A stretch of DNA of 64,000 nucleotides from Balanoglossus misakiensis (lineage: Eukaryota; Animalia; Hemichordata), in the NCBI GenBank assembly GCA_040954595.2, contig CM082595.2:4366137-4430136 (forward strand), written 5' to 3'. Under the pieces are notes generated by a model. It did not search any database. It saw nothing but the letters and a program-made list of their open reading frames with translations, and was not told the DNA's origin. Made by a program: the position numbers and the translations under genes. Below are positions 50,801 through 64,000 of the stretch, piece after piece (the first letter of the stretch is position 1; every line of letters starts with the position of its first letter).

Positions 50801-53800
50801 AAAAACATTTTTCCGCACACACAAAATTAGCAAGCAAAATAAAGTTAATAAAGAGATACTAATCTGAATTGGGATCTGGACATATGTAACTTACTTCGTC
50901 CTGCATGCAAGATAGAAAGAACACATAAACATGCAACATATAAAAACAGAAAAAAACATGTACATGTTCACAGAGAAAAAAACGACCAATATTGTACAAG
51001 AACAGTGTAAGTGCATCTTACAAAATTCACATCGACATTGCAACCATTTATTGTGCAAGTGGAACAGATGCATTAGTTCACCAAATTCAAGTGAAGGTTT
51101 GTAAATTTTCCCAGTTATTTTTTTGTTTAAGTTCTGTGTATCCCCGGCAGTTTCTACTATTAAACACAGCCAGTATGTGTTAAACAGAGTGCTCTGGAAC
51201 ACCAAGTTTGTTGCATCATATTAAGTCCTTAAACCCACCAGCTTAACAAATAATTTCAAATAAATTTCACTTGTGTGCGGTTGAGAGTAAACCACATTTA
51301 CACTTACAATTTGCAGCATATCATCTTGTCTGATCAGACATCTAGTGGTGGATGTTGTGGCCTGTATAGACATGAATACACTGTGTGATTACTTCAACAC
51401 AAATTTCACCAAATAAAGCAGAAAGATTCAGAAAACATAGGTGTACAATTTGGCATCACTTATTCCAAGCTAATCAATAAGTTCACGTTTAGAAGACTCT
51501 CCACTGTAAGGGAACATCTCTAGAGGGCTCCCTTCCCACCTTGACAACTGTTCCAACTCACCTTGGTGGAGAACTTGACATTGAGGTTTTTCAGAACCTG
51601 TCTGACTTCATGTCTTTGCTCAGCTTGTCTCTTTCTCTCATTCAGTCTGCCAGCAAGCGTTTCCAGCCTGGTCAATGCAAGTTGCAGAGACATGCGATCT
51701 TGATGACCTTGTGGTGTGTGTTTCAAAAGATCCTGTTCGTAGAAAAGTGAACATTTCAAAATCACAAAAACACATGCATATACATATTTAGTACATGTAC
51801 TGACATATAATGTGCTGTTATCTTTTTTGTACAGTACACATTTAAGTTTTGATATTTCGCCCCCCCCCCCCCCCCAGTTCCCTCTTTAGAGGTCCAACCT
51901 TACCATAGAAAACAATGGATTTGGACTAAACCATGGTGGTGAAGGGGTTAACTGTCCAGGATGTGCCAGGAATACATGAACCAGTACATTACCTGAAGCA
52001 GGCAGATAAACTGGGGAAACCTCTGGATAGGTTTCAGCATCATGCCTTGCAAATCTAACCTGTCAGCGTTTAGTTTTTGCCTTTCCTACAGAGTAAAAAA
52101 ATAACAGATTCCACAGTCGGGATCAGTTAACCATATTAGGAGTTGATTACTAGCATAAAAATTATCATATGTAGAATGCAACATGGCGCACTTCATCAGA
52201 CTATCAGAAGCCTGCCATACTGTCATAAAGAGTGCACTTCACCAAATATAGCATGCATACCAGACACGGTTTGAAAAATCTGTGTGTGAAAAACCCTCCT
52301 CAGCCTTACCTTCAAAAACTCGTCAAACGATGGCTTGCTGGCACATGATTTTTTCACAGTATCCATGGCCGTTGTGAAGTTATTGACATACGCACTGTAG
52401 GCCGCCAAAACCATAGACTTTGAAAACTAGAAGACAGAATATGCACAGTAAATGCAACGAGTAGGGGTGATAAATGTAACAAGGTCGATACTTCTATGCT
52501 AAAGATACCTGGGCAATATACGGCTCAAAATAGTTATAGATGATTTGAGTGTTACACACAGCTCCAGAATTACAAGGATGTAAGGTCATAAAATTGGCCA
52601 ATTCTGGAATTGACCCCAAAAATCAATACTTACAGAAGCCACAAAGACATCACCAAGGCACTGTACAGTGTCCCATTCCTTCACTCTAGCTGCCAACGCT
52701 ATCTGGAATATACTGTGACATTGGTGGATGGCTCGAACTTGCTTAAAAATCACATCCACTTTCTCCCGTTCTAGGATATGGGAACTGCTCTCTAGGGGGA
52801 CCTGATAGTCCTGTGAGGTAAGAGAAATAAAGTCAGATAATTGGGCAATGAACAAAGGTAAACACAATGTATATACCCACAAAAAGATATCCATGTGTTG
52901 TCGCTGTATGGGCGCCACAGACTATGGTCGCCGCCATCTTGTCTGTTGCTAGGACACCACACTGCCTTATGGCCTTGACTGTATACAACTTTTGTAAGCT
53001 GATATATATCATTTACCTGTATTAGTCGTTTCAGTGTCTTGACATAGGAGTTTTCGCTGTCAATTATGCTCTGTACGATATGTCTCCTCAAGATGTCGTC
53101 TTTGCTCAGATTGTCTGGTTCTGGTGGTAATTCTGGTGGAGGGTGTCGACTGTCGCAGATGTTGACATCTATATATGGACTCTCTTCCTCTGAAGGAGTG
53201 AAGAATGAAAATTTGAAATAAATATTTTTTCTAGACAATGATTTGAAGCAATGTGTGGCGTACAGTAATGGAAATTTGCTTCGAATTAAAGTGATGTTAT
53301 TGTACTTAGTTGGAGATGTGTGTTAAATACAAGAACGTGAGAAAATATTTTTTGGGCATGGACTCTCAAAACATGGCAGCCACTAACGTTTACTGATTTA
53401 AAAAAGGTCAAGATGATTGGTAGGATACACTAATAGCAAACTCTCACCTTTCTCATCCTCTTGCTTTTCATTTGGAGTTTTTCGGAAGTCTAAGAGTCGC
53501 AGAACTCCATCCTCGTCACGATGCTGCTTTAAACGCAAAAAATATTTTTATTGTAATTCCTCAGCCTAAAATGCTCAAAGTTTCTTCAAATTCCAGCGAG
53601 TGCTCTGAATTGTGGCTGCCTTAAATAGGTTTTCACTTTCCGCTAGGGGGTCAAATCACATTGCATTCTGGTCAAAAAGTCGACAACCCAATGTAGTAAG
53701 AGATAGAAGAAACGATATGTTTACTGTATTTCATGACTTCCTTGGGTCAAACATGTCTGTCTTTGTAGTCACCATATTAAACTCATTAAGCTTTTTTCAC

Positions 53801-56800
53801 ATTTTGTTATTTTTTTCGGTTAAAAAGTTTCAGAATGACCCATCATCACTTTAGCTTATGAACTCCTATTCCTTAAACATGGCAAAAATCGGCCATCTTG
53901 AAATTGTGTCGATCATGTGAGATTTTTATCACCCACTTAGGTAGCCAAAAACCTATTTAAGGTCGGGAGAATTTTTGCCATAGCGTCCATACTCAAGCTT
54001 CTAACAAGCACGCTTTTATTCAACATTTAATACCTCAGTTGATTCAAATTTCCGACTTCTCCCCGGAGTTCGGACCGACGATTGTCGGTGTACGCCCGGC
54101 GTCTGTGGCGCGTCCTCGTAATAACTGTTGACATCGCTGTCCGCGCCGCTTTGGTCTTCGTCCGACTTGTCCCACTCGTCCGAGCCCCAGCTGGACAGGG
54201 AGTCCGTCTCCCCGGCAAATCCGTGATCGTACGCCGGAATGTCGTCGTACAGGAGTTCGTCATCGATGAAGAATCCTGTATGCCGAAACAAAAGAAATCC
54301 TATCAAGTTTATATGACCTCCAAATATACCAACAACTCCTTGAAAGTTGATGATTAGAGTGTTTTTCTGATCTGTCCATGTTCAAAATAAACAACCCTAT
54401 AACTTTCACAGGCTTTGAGTATTCAATGTTTTGGTACATAAGACTTAAGAGTGACTGGATAATATCTCTAAGATATCTCTAAAACAAGATACAGTGAAAC
54501 CTGTCTATAAAGGACACATCTGGGACCAGAAAATCTGTCCCTAATAGAGAGGTGTTTTAATAGAAATGTAATATTCTATCAAACCATAACTTCTGTCTTG
54601 AAAAATTTGTCCCTAATACAGAGATGTCATGATAATGACAGATTTCACAGCATATACTTAATATTAATTTTTCCCTTATATTTCTGATGTCCTCTACAGA
54701 GATGTGGATATGCATGTAGCAGCCAATGAAAATGGGTCTTTTTGGTCATGTGACATACCTTGTTCGGCCACCAAATCAGGAGCCAGATCTTCGTACAGAA
54801 GTGTAGCATCACCGGGCGAGTCGGAACCAGCCATGGAAAATAACTTTACATCTTCAGACGGTTGGATGCCTCCGAAACCTAGTCAAAGTTAAAATAATGT
54901 GAATGAGACCTCTAGATTTGAAAGATTTGAATAAAATGAAAATACTGGAAATAATATTCCTGAAGCGTGATGAAATGCCTAGTATCCGGCTTATTAACAA
55001 AACCTACACATGTTTAGTCAGCCCTACTATTATGCAAAATTTGAATTCAAGTCCGGACTAGAATACATTTTTTAACAATAACAATGGCCGTTACCAGGGT
55101 TAATATGCAAACTACATAAACATGAATTTGTAATTTTTCACCCAAGTAATTCTGTACTCAGTGTTTGTTGATATCAAAAATATTCTTGGAAGAAATAATT
55201 CCCTGACCAGTGAAAGCATCTATGCGGACTCTGCATCATTCAGCTTATACAGTCGTGAACACTGACTTAGAGATCAATCAGGCAATGCTACGAGATCTGA
55301 GATTTGCTGAATTATGTATGAGAGTATAATCGAAAAATCCTTCCTGGTGTCAAATCTTCAGAGAGATATTGAGTCCTTGATAAGTGGAAACTGGAAACGT
55401 GGTTTCAATTGGAGAGATGAGTGATGTGTCACTGACAGACGAGTTTATCTGACACTCTGGCAAAGATGGTAAATTTGAACCAACAGATCTATAACAGTGT
55501 CCTTGTAACAGCTGAATATCACGTGAAATGACTGTGGTGCAAAAAGGGATGTACATTTCAGCCAAATACTACTAAATTTTACGGGACATGCAATGAAGTT
55601 TTTATATCATCCCCGCACAACAGTAAACTGCACGAGTTTCATGAAATAAAAACTTCTTTCACATCAGTTTACAAGCAGAGTAGTGTGTCTGACCTCTGGG
55701 TAGTTGTCATGGAAACCTGACACTGTTGATGATGATGGAAAATGTAGACAATGTGCCTCGTAAGGAATACAAAATATGACTTGTCTCTTCCCATAGGATT
55801 ACATTGAGAATGGCTAGCAGACCCACTTAGAGTATTATCGTTCTCATGGAATTTCACCCTTTGGCATAAAGCTAGGCCAAAATTCAACTCAATGGTCAAA
55901 CACTACTGACTCAGCACAGACAAGATGGCGGCGACCACAGTCTGTGTCAAAGACACATTAGATAAGTCATTTTCAAGAGAGAATGGACAATTCCTTGTAG
56001 AAACTACTACTTTCCGGCTCGATCACACTGTCAAGCAAATCATTGACTTCGAAATTTATTCAAATCACACACTCCCAATATGCAGTTAATTTCTAACCAT
56101 GGAAGTGGCTTAGAATTTTTCAAACCAAGAGGCTTACATTCACTTGTGAATAATTGACAATTTGACTAAACAACCCTGTGTTTCCATGGATACAAAGCTA
56201 TACTAATTTAACTTCAGGGGAACTGAGGGGAAGAATAAGGGAAATTGTACAGGAGTACAAAAATTTATCAAACACCCTGCTCTGTGTCATTTGCTGATGC
56301 CTGAAATGCGTAACTGTGTACGATAACTGCAATTTACGCTTGAAATGGCCAGATGTGTTACAAAGTGTATGCTCGCGACAGCACTCGAAGACCTATAAGT
56401 ATGCATGTGAGCCTGTTGTGATTTTTACACAGTTATTTCTGGTTGCTCCTCGCGTTCAACTGGAAATACTTAGCAACCACTGATGAAGAGACACTTTTTA
56501 CAGAGCAGTTACTTTTTACAGACTTAATGCATCAAATTCAGGAGAAGTGTTTTTTTTTTCGCTTCTCAAGCAAATTGGATAAACGTACCACTGTTGCCAG
56601 TCCGTCTGTCACCATGGATACTATCAGATATATCTAAAGGCAGCTTTATCAACACACACTCACCTGCTCTCCTAAATAATCTCGAAAACACTGTGCTGTC
56701 TTCCAAGCTTGGATTCTCTCATCCTGACTATTCTAATCCGCTTGCATCAATACAGAACACACACGCACACGCACATATCAAAAGAACGCCTCCAAGCAAA

Positions 56801-58363
56801 CGAACACAAATTCCAGCTTTTCCTTTCAATGTCTCGATACTAGGAGATTAACATCTGTCCAATAGGTGGCCGTGTCTCTATAATTAGTCTTAATAACGGC
56901 AGTGGACGTCATGGTTTTCTGTCGCGTTTCTAATCTGTCCACGCATATTTACCTTCCCTGTGCCTTCAATATTTTTATTCTGTGTACATTATTTATCATG
57001 TGTGTGAACACGCTAAAGAATAGTGACCTTCATAGTTTAGTAAAAAAAAATTCTGGCATCTCGTTTTACAGGTTTCCTAACCTTGTGACTCCAGTAATAA
57101 ACCTACTAGTAGTCTAAGGTTTCAGTGCAGTATATGGTGTTCCTCAGATACAGACCACCCTTATTGCCTTACTGGTAAACAACAGGCTTACGATGGGATA
57201 CCCAACGAAAACACACGCTTCTGACATGCGTACAAGGATCCAGAATGAGATGTTTTGATATAAACGCACATCAGCATATCATGTAACTTTTATTTACCAG
57301 TGATCACAATTCAAAGACTATGTCAGTCTTCTATTGTGTTATGTACATGCATTATACTATGTTTTTTTTTCAACATCCATACATTATACTAGTATATAGC
57401 AGCAGTCAATTTCAGTCGGACAATGACACTGGTGACCTTTTCTTGAAGACGTCTTGGGATTAATTTGAACAGACACTGCAAATGGGGTCACCCCTACACA
57501 GCTTTATTACATTAATTACATACACTTTCAGTGAACTGAATCTTGCTGAAATTCATTCAAAACTGTGAATCATTTAAGCAATAAAACACCCCCAGCCATG
57601 GTATATCACGAGATTTTGACCAGTTCACGACATATACGCACGAGCGATAGCGAGTGCGTATATGGAGTTGAACTGGTCAAAATCGAGTGGTATACCATGG
57701 CTGGGGGTGTTTTATTGCTATTATATTATGCCAGTATATTGAAACTTTGCATAAAACATTTTAAAAAGGCATTTTCTTTAACTATGATATATGACTGTGG
57801 TATATGGCTAATATATCACGGTCACGTGTCGTGTCTCGACCAATCAAATAGCGTGATTTACACCATCAATATACTGGTATAATATAATCAACAATAATAC
57901 AGAGGGAGGGTATTAAAATATTGTGTCTTCATTGACATTGTCAGACCTGATACTGCTAGAAAGTGCATATCAATTCATAATGTTTGGTTGTTGCATTGCA
58001 AAAACAATAGATTGACTCACCTTCATAACTGACATTTTCAGTCCATCCAAACTCGTGAGGAGCTCTTGTTGATGATATGATCGTTGCCAGGCGACTCTGA
58101 TCCGAGCTCATTCGCCCCAGAGCCTGTTCTTCACTGATCTGTTCCTCGGTCTCGGGCGCGAGGGTGAAATAGTGCGGTTCGCTCACCGCCTGCTTGTTCT
58201 TCTCCGACTCCACAACCTCGTAGATGGCCGGACCCTCTTTGCTCGTAAATTCGTCATCGGGAATCACTGTGAAGTAGTAGGGATCGATCTTCCCTTGCTC
58301 CTTCGCTGGTTCGGTCTCCAGTTGCACCAGGTCGTACGACACACCAGAATCGTCGTCGGCCAT
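41862..58363 (-). CDS. ARHGEF10-like: Rho guanine nucleotide exchange factor 10-like (DH-PH plus C-terminal beta-propeller-like region), ~1225 aa, 20 exons
   Basis: Exons 58363-58021, 54878-54759, 54275-54034, 53526-53448, 53189-53017, 52810-52634, 52426-52310, 52085-51993, 51732-51562, 51361-51308, 50626-50535, 50300-50137, 50010-49785, 49502-49411, 49270-49149, 47200-46887, 46702-46551, 43237-43095, 42775-42601, 42490-41862. Sum 3678 nt in frame. DH motifs [47 protein letters not shown]; C-terminal [43 protein letters not shown]. In-frame TGA 10-12 nt upstream of the ATG. Confidence 0.92.
43328..45930 (+). mobile_element. ~2-kb non-autonomous element (plus nested MITE) with 3' terminal hairpin, subterminal inverted repeat and degenerate internal tandem repeats; Helitron/Helentron (HINE)-like by structure
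   Basis: Perfect 15-bp stem AGGGGACCAAGCGCC-tgag-GGCGCTTGGTCCCCT (45895-45928) after an (AAG)-rich tract. Perfect 41-bp IR at 45586-45626 / 45797-45837. Degenerate ~240-260-bp repeats (TGTGCAACAA at 43841, 44083, 44341). The left boundary (TAAAGCTGCAAGCAGC..GGGGCCC) is inferred. Confidence 0.55.
44485..45038. mobile_element. 554-bp foldback MITE with ~227-bp TIRs and 9-bp TSD (Mutator/MULE-like)
   Basis: Arms 44485-44711 and 44812-45038 are near-perfect reverse complements, flanked by the direct repeat CGTGCCATT at 44476-44484 and 45039-45047. Confidence 0.92.
45962..46459. mobile_element. 498-bp MITE with ~50-bp TIRs and probable TA target duplication
   Basis: TA|CTGTCGTTCCCATCTGGATTCGAACGATAATGTTGATCTAAATGTTA ... 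TAACATTTAGATCAACATTATCGTTCGAATCCAGATGGGAACGACAG|TA. Confidence 0.88.
48719..48803. mobile_element. 85-bp piggyBac-like MITE (copy 1)
   Basis: TTAA|CCCTTTCACC ... GGTGAAAGGG|TTAA; a related reverse-oriented copy lies at ~51855-51951. Confidence 0.8.
50358..50465. repeat. (TACA)n microsatellite
   Basis: Tetranucleotide run in an ARHGEF10-like intron. Confidence 0.97.
51855..51951. mobile_element. piggyBac-like MITE (copy 2, inverted, one end degenerate with an expanded C-run)
   Basis: Reverse complement of 48719-48803 (CCCCCAGTTCCCTCTTTAGAGGTCCAACCTTACCATAGAAAACAA...GGTGGTGAAGGGGTTAA). Confidence 0.75.
57572..57888 (+). mobile_element. 317-bp double-hairpin dispersed element (copy 2) in an ARHGEF10-like intron
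   Basis: Reverse complement of 677-993 with only a handful of substitutions and the same length. Confidence 0.85.
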
Positions 58364-61300
58364 GTTTGGATGTCAGAGGGCGAATGTCAAAGTTCAATAT
58401 TTCAAATTTCACAAATTCTGCTGCTAGTTCAGTTTCAGGAAATACAGCACACTGGTTTTATCTGGTGCAATTTTTAAGTATGACAGGTGGGATTTTCGAC
58501 AGCTCCTTGCTTGTGTACCTAAAAGTGGCGATTATCACCCTGAAAAGTATTGCCTAAATTGTGATCTGTGTTCTTGGTTGCATCTTCTCGGTCGGCAACT
58601 CTTGAAGTTCTTTTTTTATGTCGCCATCAGTCCACTGGTTCATTCCATCAGAATGGTTTTCTGGGAAGAAGAGAAAAAAACATTAATTATTGACTCCAAG
58701 CAAGTGTGGAGGAATCCAAGTCGATCACCCCATTAATTCATATTTCAGGTTGAGCGGCATTATCCGGAGTTCATACACTCAAAATTCCTGGACTTCCCAG
58801 AGGCTTTGCAAGGCAGCTATTCCCAGGAGCACATTGAGGTCAATGATTCCTTTTTGCATGGGCGATTGCACATACATTGCATGAAAAACTTTTCATGATA
58901 TTGGATATTTTTCATGCAGCACATTTTCAAAAAAAAGGTTTTTCCCGGAATACTCAGAAGTGAATTATATTTTCCATGATTTTCAAGGGCATTCCAGGAG
59001 TGATTTGTCATTCCAAGACATTTCTGGAGTGTGTGATTCCCACAATTTGAATTCATCCCATGCCCCACAGTTTCAATCACACAATACTGATACATGTACA
59101 AACTCTTTCATAATAATACAAACAAATGTTTTGTAGTTAATTAGATAGACTGGTGAATTTTTTGGTCAAAAATTATTCTACAAACAGATAAAACCAACAC
59201 TGCTATAAATACAACACTTGTACACTTGCCTTGCCTTAATATTTTCAGTGAGTTATTTAACAAACACATCTACTATGAATATTTAAAAACCAAGGCTAGT
59301 CCCTCTGCGGTTTGTTAACACATACCCTGAAAGCATGCACTACACTGTTTCCATAGCAACAAGAACATCCAATGGGACTCAGAAACACACTTAAAGACTT
59401 CTATCAAATATTTAAGTCGAAGATAATGTCAACTTAAGGCTTAGAATGAATGATAAACGACATGTTATTATTTTTTTGTCATACCGAATTTTCGTTAGAG
59501 CTTCAAAAATAAAAATATCAAAGGTGCAGTATTTTCCAAAAGAGAAATCAATTATTCAGTGGTTCCGTGACTTCCTGCTGTGAAGGGACGACTTCTGCAT
59601 GTGATGACTGGAGGCAACTATGATGTAAGGCAGACCATTGTATCCACTGTCGCGCAGAGTTACATTGGCATTGCGCATCCAGACGACGGTGACAGATTTC
59701 ACACAGAAATCAGGATATGACATTTTGGCGTTTTTATAACAATATCGCATTTTGACATTTTGCTGTCTAATATAATGAGACACCCCTAGCACAATATATA
59801 CACACTTCCTTTTTCTTAATCTTTCATTACAGCGTAGCCATGAATAAATATTAAAGATCAATACTGTCGCGTTCACAAATTTCCTCATTTTGAAGGACAA
59901 TTACCAACAGAAAACAAAAGATACAGCATACATTAATTATCATGGTTAATGATTAATTTACTAATAATGAAGTTATATTATTATGTTGGTATAGCTTGTG
60001 AAATTCCGTAATTCACAAAATGGGATTACAGAATACGGAATGGAAACTGCCAACACCTATCGTCAGGAAGTAATGGCTCAGTATTGATTTTTGTTGGGAA
60101 AATGGATATTGACATTCCACTGTTGGTAGTAACACTAAGCAAAGCAACCTCATGCATGCAAGATCATTCAAACAGAGAGAATAATCAAACAAACAGGTAA
60201 TGGAGCTTTCAAAGGTGCCTCATTTACGAATTCATAGCATTTCGTTTACCATAGTTTTCTTATAACAGGTTGACCTTTGACCTCGTCAAATCTAAAATAT
60301 TTTATTCGTGCAGAATTTCGGAGTTTTGTGCCTTGGGAACTGTTAAATCGTCACATGCAACACGACGAGATTCAATTACTATGTGTTAGAAACGTGCTGT
60401 GTTCAGGTTGCGATCTGATTTCATGTGATTTCCCCCTGTAATTAACATTCAAAACTACGACCACTGGATCCAATACAGTAGATCAAATAAATTTCGAAAA
60501 ACGGCAACACAACTTAATGGATGTACTTGCGCGACATTTACACATCCAGTCTGGTTCAGGTCAGCAGTGGGGACGCTTCCGCATATTAATTAGAAAATTA
60601 TCCTAAAGAATTGATGTCTGCCAGAAGAGCTCAGCTCTAAAGCTATAACCTTTCATAAAATAATTCTCCTGGCGCTTGTTTGGCACTCACTGGAAAATGC
60701 CTTTCAGAGGCAAAATCACAAGATCCTAAAACTGTCAGTGGCTTCATGTTTTGGCTGCAACATCAAGAATAACCATGGCAATGGCAATTTATATGTATTG
60801 TGGGGGATTTTAAACTTAAAAACATCACCCCAGTTGCTGTCTACAGCTTTACAACAGTATCTAGTCTTGAAACGTCAACAACCAATGGTAAGACATCCTG
60901 TCAACAGGCCAGCCAGCCAATTCTCAATTCAATATTCCTGCGCTTCCTGTCCAAGAAGACTAAATAATTACTTGGATGACATATGTCACTCCTAGCTGCC
61001 TCATTAACTCTCTAAATACCCTCAACACAGGAAATTAATATCCTATATCAAGGCATCATATCACCCTACATCATCTTTATCATCTTGGACAACTTCCTGT
61101 CCATGAGATTAACATACAGAATGTGCTTTTAAAGTACATGTACTATGTGCCCCAGGGAAAGATTTTCAGAAAAATGTCGGCCCTTCAACTGGTAACCTTT
61201 CAATTCTTTGCTATTATGTAACAGGGTGTAAACTACATGAAAATTGTTTTTTATAAAAATTATTTTAAATACTGGAAAGAATTGATCGAACATTCCCCTT

Positions 61301-62429
61301 GTATTATACGCTTGCATGTACTGTATTTAAAGCTTAGTTTTCGTGAATATGTCATATTGGCAGTCACTGATACCACGAAGAAGAAAAAAAAACTATTGTT
61401 GATTGCACAAATCATTTGGGGTGAAAGGTCACCACAGGTCAGCATATGAAGCTAAGGTCCACTGAGGTCACATAACTGCTTAGATGACCAGACACAATTA
61501 TTTGAGTATAATCTTGGATTGGGCTGGCTGCGGAACCATAGTTCGAGGTTTTGCCTGGTACATGTAATGTGTGGACGGCAAACGTGCATAGTCTAACCCA
61601 TAAACAAACCGGCAAAACGGCCTCCAGCTATTGAACTCCAGCTAGGAGTGAATAAACAAGCAAAGAAACCTCAAACGTACACTGTGGTTACTGAATCACG
61701 GATAATGATTACACAACTCGCATATCACGTCCTGGTCACGAGACATATTAACAGGGTACTTTGATTGTATTCATTGACATTTTCTTTGTTGTTGAGGAAA
61801 TACCTTTTGTCCATTTCAATGGCACAGTCACAGTCACTATGGCCCACATCATCTATGACACAAATTAGCAAGACAATAGCTAACACCTCGACAGATCACC
61901 CTTACAGCGCTTTTTACAAGTTTGCTGTTTTCTTTCCACTCGGACAAATGTACTTTCGCTTTAATATAGAATATTAGAAAAATAAATAAATATCTGTTTT
62001 TTAACATCCGTAGTGATGTTGTGCAAATCTCCCTGATCGCGATGTGATATTTTTTTTTCGTGATGTGTGAATCGCACTGATTTGCGTGGGTTACAGTGTT
62101 TGTACGAATTACGGGACAACGCCAAATCATTGCTCGCTCCGCCAAACAACAATACATATGTATTGAAGGAGAGGAATACGGCGGGACGATTTCATCACAT
62201 ATCAAATGTTGACAATCGCGAGTGGGACTAGACTGGCAACTGGGAGGAAGGACCCTAGCAATAACTTCCGAGTGTAAGTAGCCATCTTTTCGCGTAAGTT
62301 TAGAAACAAACACCCTGACTAGACAGCATAAACATTATCCTGACTTCCGTGGATAGTCGATCCACTTAAGGGGGAGGAAAACCGGTAAAACCCAATGTTT
62401 CCGCGAAATATTAAAGGTACGGCGTACTC

Positions 62430-62615
62430 ACTCACCTGAGACTCGGCCATCTTGGACTCAAAAGTCACGTGATAAGTCATGTGTACATACAAGCGCCACC
62501 ATTATCACGAGTTTTGTGTTAAAAATTCTTTTGTTTACTTTTATGTGGTAGGTCACGTGATGTGGCGTGACCTTTAACCCAGCATTAAGCCTCTTGCAAA
62601 GATGGCGGTCGAGAA
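62430..62615. promoter_or_regulatory. Candidate promoter / first exon of ARHGEF10-like, possibly bidirectional
   Basis: Minus-strand CCAAGATGGCCGAGTCTCAG|gtgagt (donor ~62435); two GTCACGTGAT E-boxes (~62464, ~62552); plus-strand AAGATGGCGG (~62599). Motif-based only. Confidence 0.35.
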
Positions 62616-64000
62616 AACATACATAAATTCACTTTTTGGGTACTTTTCTCAACATTTGGACCGTGTGACATCATGTATTTCTGTGCTGAGTAGGACTGAA
62701 CCATAGTAAACTATTATTTATTTACTCAACTTATTTGATCAACAATAAATTTGCTATTTTGGATCATATCAAAGGAACTGTATTCTTCTGTGTTCACTGG
62801 CTCAAGTTTACCCAAACATCAGCCTGAGAATCCCATACACCCTTTGTAGGCAAACTGGAGCGCCCACATACCACCGACTCTTTCAGTGTACCCTTACACA
62901 TGCATACATGAGTGAGGAAACGACCCAATATGTCAACTTTGAAGAAATACACTTTATTTGACCTTTACTTGACAACATACCACAAAATTGAGCCAATCAG
63001 GCCCCATAGAGCAAGAGGTCAACACTAGTTACCATAAAGGACTGGTAAATCACGTTTTTCAATTCACTTTTTTTAATTCATTAATTAGCATAACACATGC
63101 CAGTCATGCAATATATAAGCATCTGCAAAAGTGATGTATTACTTGATTTATTCAATAACTAGAGGTTTAAAAACAGGCATTTTAGCCAATCACAATCTTG
63201 TACAATCAGCTAATTAGCATATCATGTGATAGTCACATGACTGCTCAGCAGCATACTTCTGGATAAATGTAATATTTGAGGCTTTTTTTAATTTCATATA
63301 CTGACATTATGCAAACTTAAAAATCTCATGGGAGGGTTGTCACTACAAAAAATGCAATCACAGATTTTCAAAATAAACTGTCATCTTCTTTAAAAGCTTG
63401 AAGGTTCCACACAACATCAAAAGCTGTAACAATTCCAAATTCACACAATTTGATGTTGCCTTGATGTACTGAACAGATCTTCATCAGCTAAAAGAACAGC
63501 CAGAACTTCAGTATGTTTTCTCCATTTTTTTTTCAATTTGACAACATACAAGCCAAGTGTTATTGCACTTAGCAGGAACTTTTGGACAGATGGCTATTGC
63601 CATCTCAAATGACACAAATTTTACGAGTTTTCAAACTTCAGTAAAGAGACAATTGTCCTGTAATCTGTGATACATCTTCAATATATACAGTGACCAACTG
63701 ACAACTCTTTTGAATTGTCAAGTTGGTCAATATGCAGTGTTACCAGGGAAATTAAAAAAATTACAAGCTCAAAGTGCTAGCAAAAGAAAAGCAAAATCTA
63801 AAAGCTGAACAACGAAAAAATGAGTTAAAATATCTTCTTTCCATTTTTATAAAAACCCGTGTGAAACACTTCAGTAGAGTACAGTGTACTTGCTTTCTAT
63901 TGGCTACCTACTATGAATATATGAATAATAATGAAGTCATGTGACCCCTTACAACAAATAGAGAAAGCCAGCTGCTAATGCAATGGAAGTTGATTTACAT

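Noticed and set aside
52912-55946. ~28-bp inverted match (CACAGACT.TGGTCGCCGCCATCTTGTCTGT) at 52916 and 55915
   Set aside because: Too short to classify; likely fragments of a common interspersed repeat.
62601-62706. Plus-strand ATG in AAGATGGCGG context as the start of another gene
   Set aside because: The short ORF has no recognisable homology and no downstream exons were found in the remaining 1.3 kb.

Overview
This window is AT-rich, intron-rich animal genomic DNA, not prokaryotic. The gene families and repeat style suggest a marine invertebrate deuterostome such as an acorn worm or amphioxus (inference only). Most ORFs in the supplied track are exon fragments or noise. I assembled gene models by hand from splice sites with reading-frame checks: (1) first coding exon of an ING4/ING5-like gene leaving the window to the left; (2) a 7-exon FOXRED2-like flavoprotein apparently lacking a signal peptide and ER-retention signal; (3,4) a head-to-head pair of paralogous secreted MACPF (perforin-like) genes sharing 17 exons. 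Each has a basic-site propeptide, a putative amphipathic N-terminal helix, MACPF, a FAMeT-like domain and Cys-rich repeats; the + copy adds 2 Sushi and 2 small Cys-rich modules; (5) a secreted 3x WSC-like + mucin linker + F-type lectin gene; (6) a 20-exon ARHGEF10-like RhoGEF. There are also several MITE-like or nested non-autonomous transposons, a 40-bp minisatellite and microsatellites. The most interesting candidate system is the MACPF pair plus adjacent lectin as a possible multi-component pore-forming toxin or immune module. All gene models are unverified by transcript data or database search.
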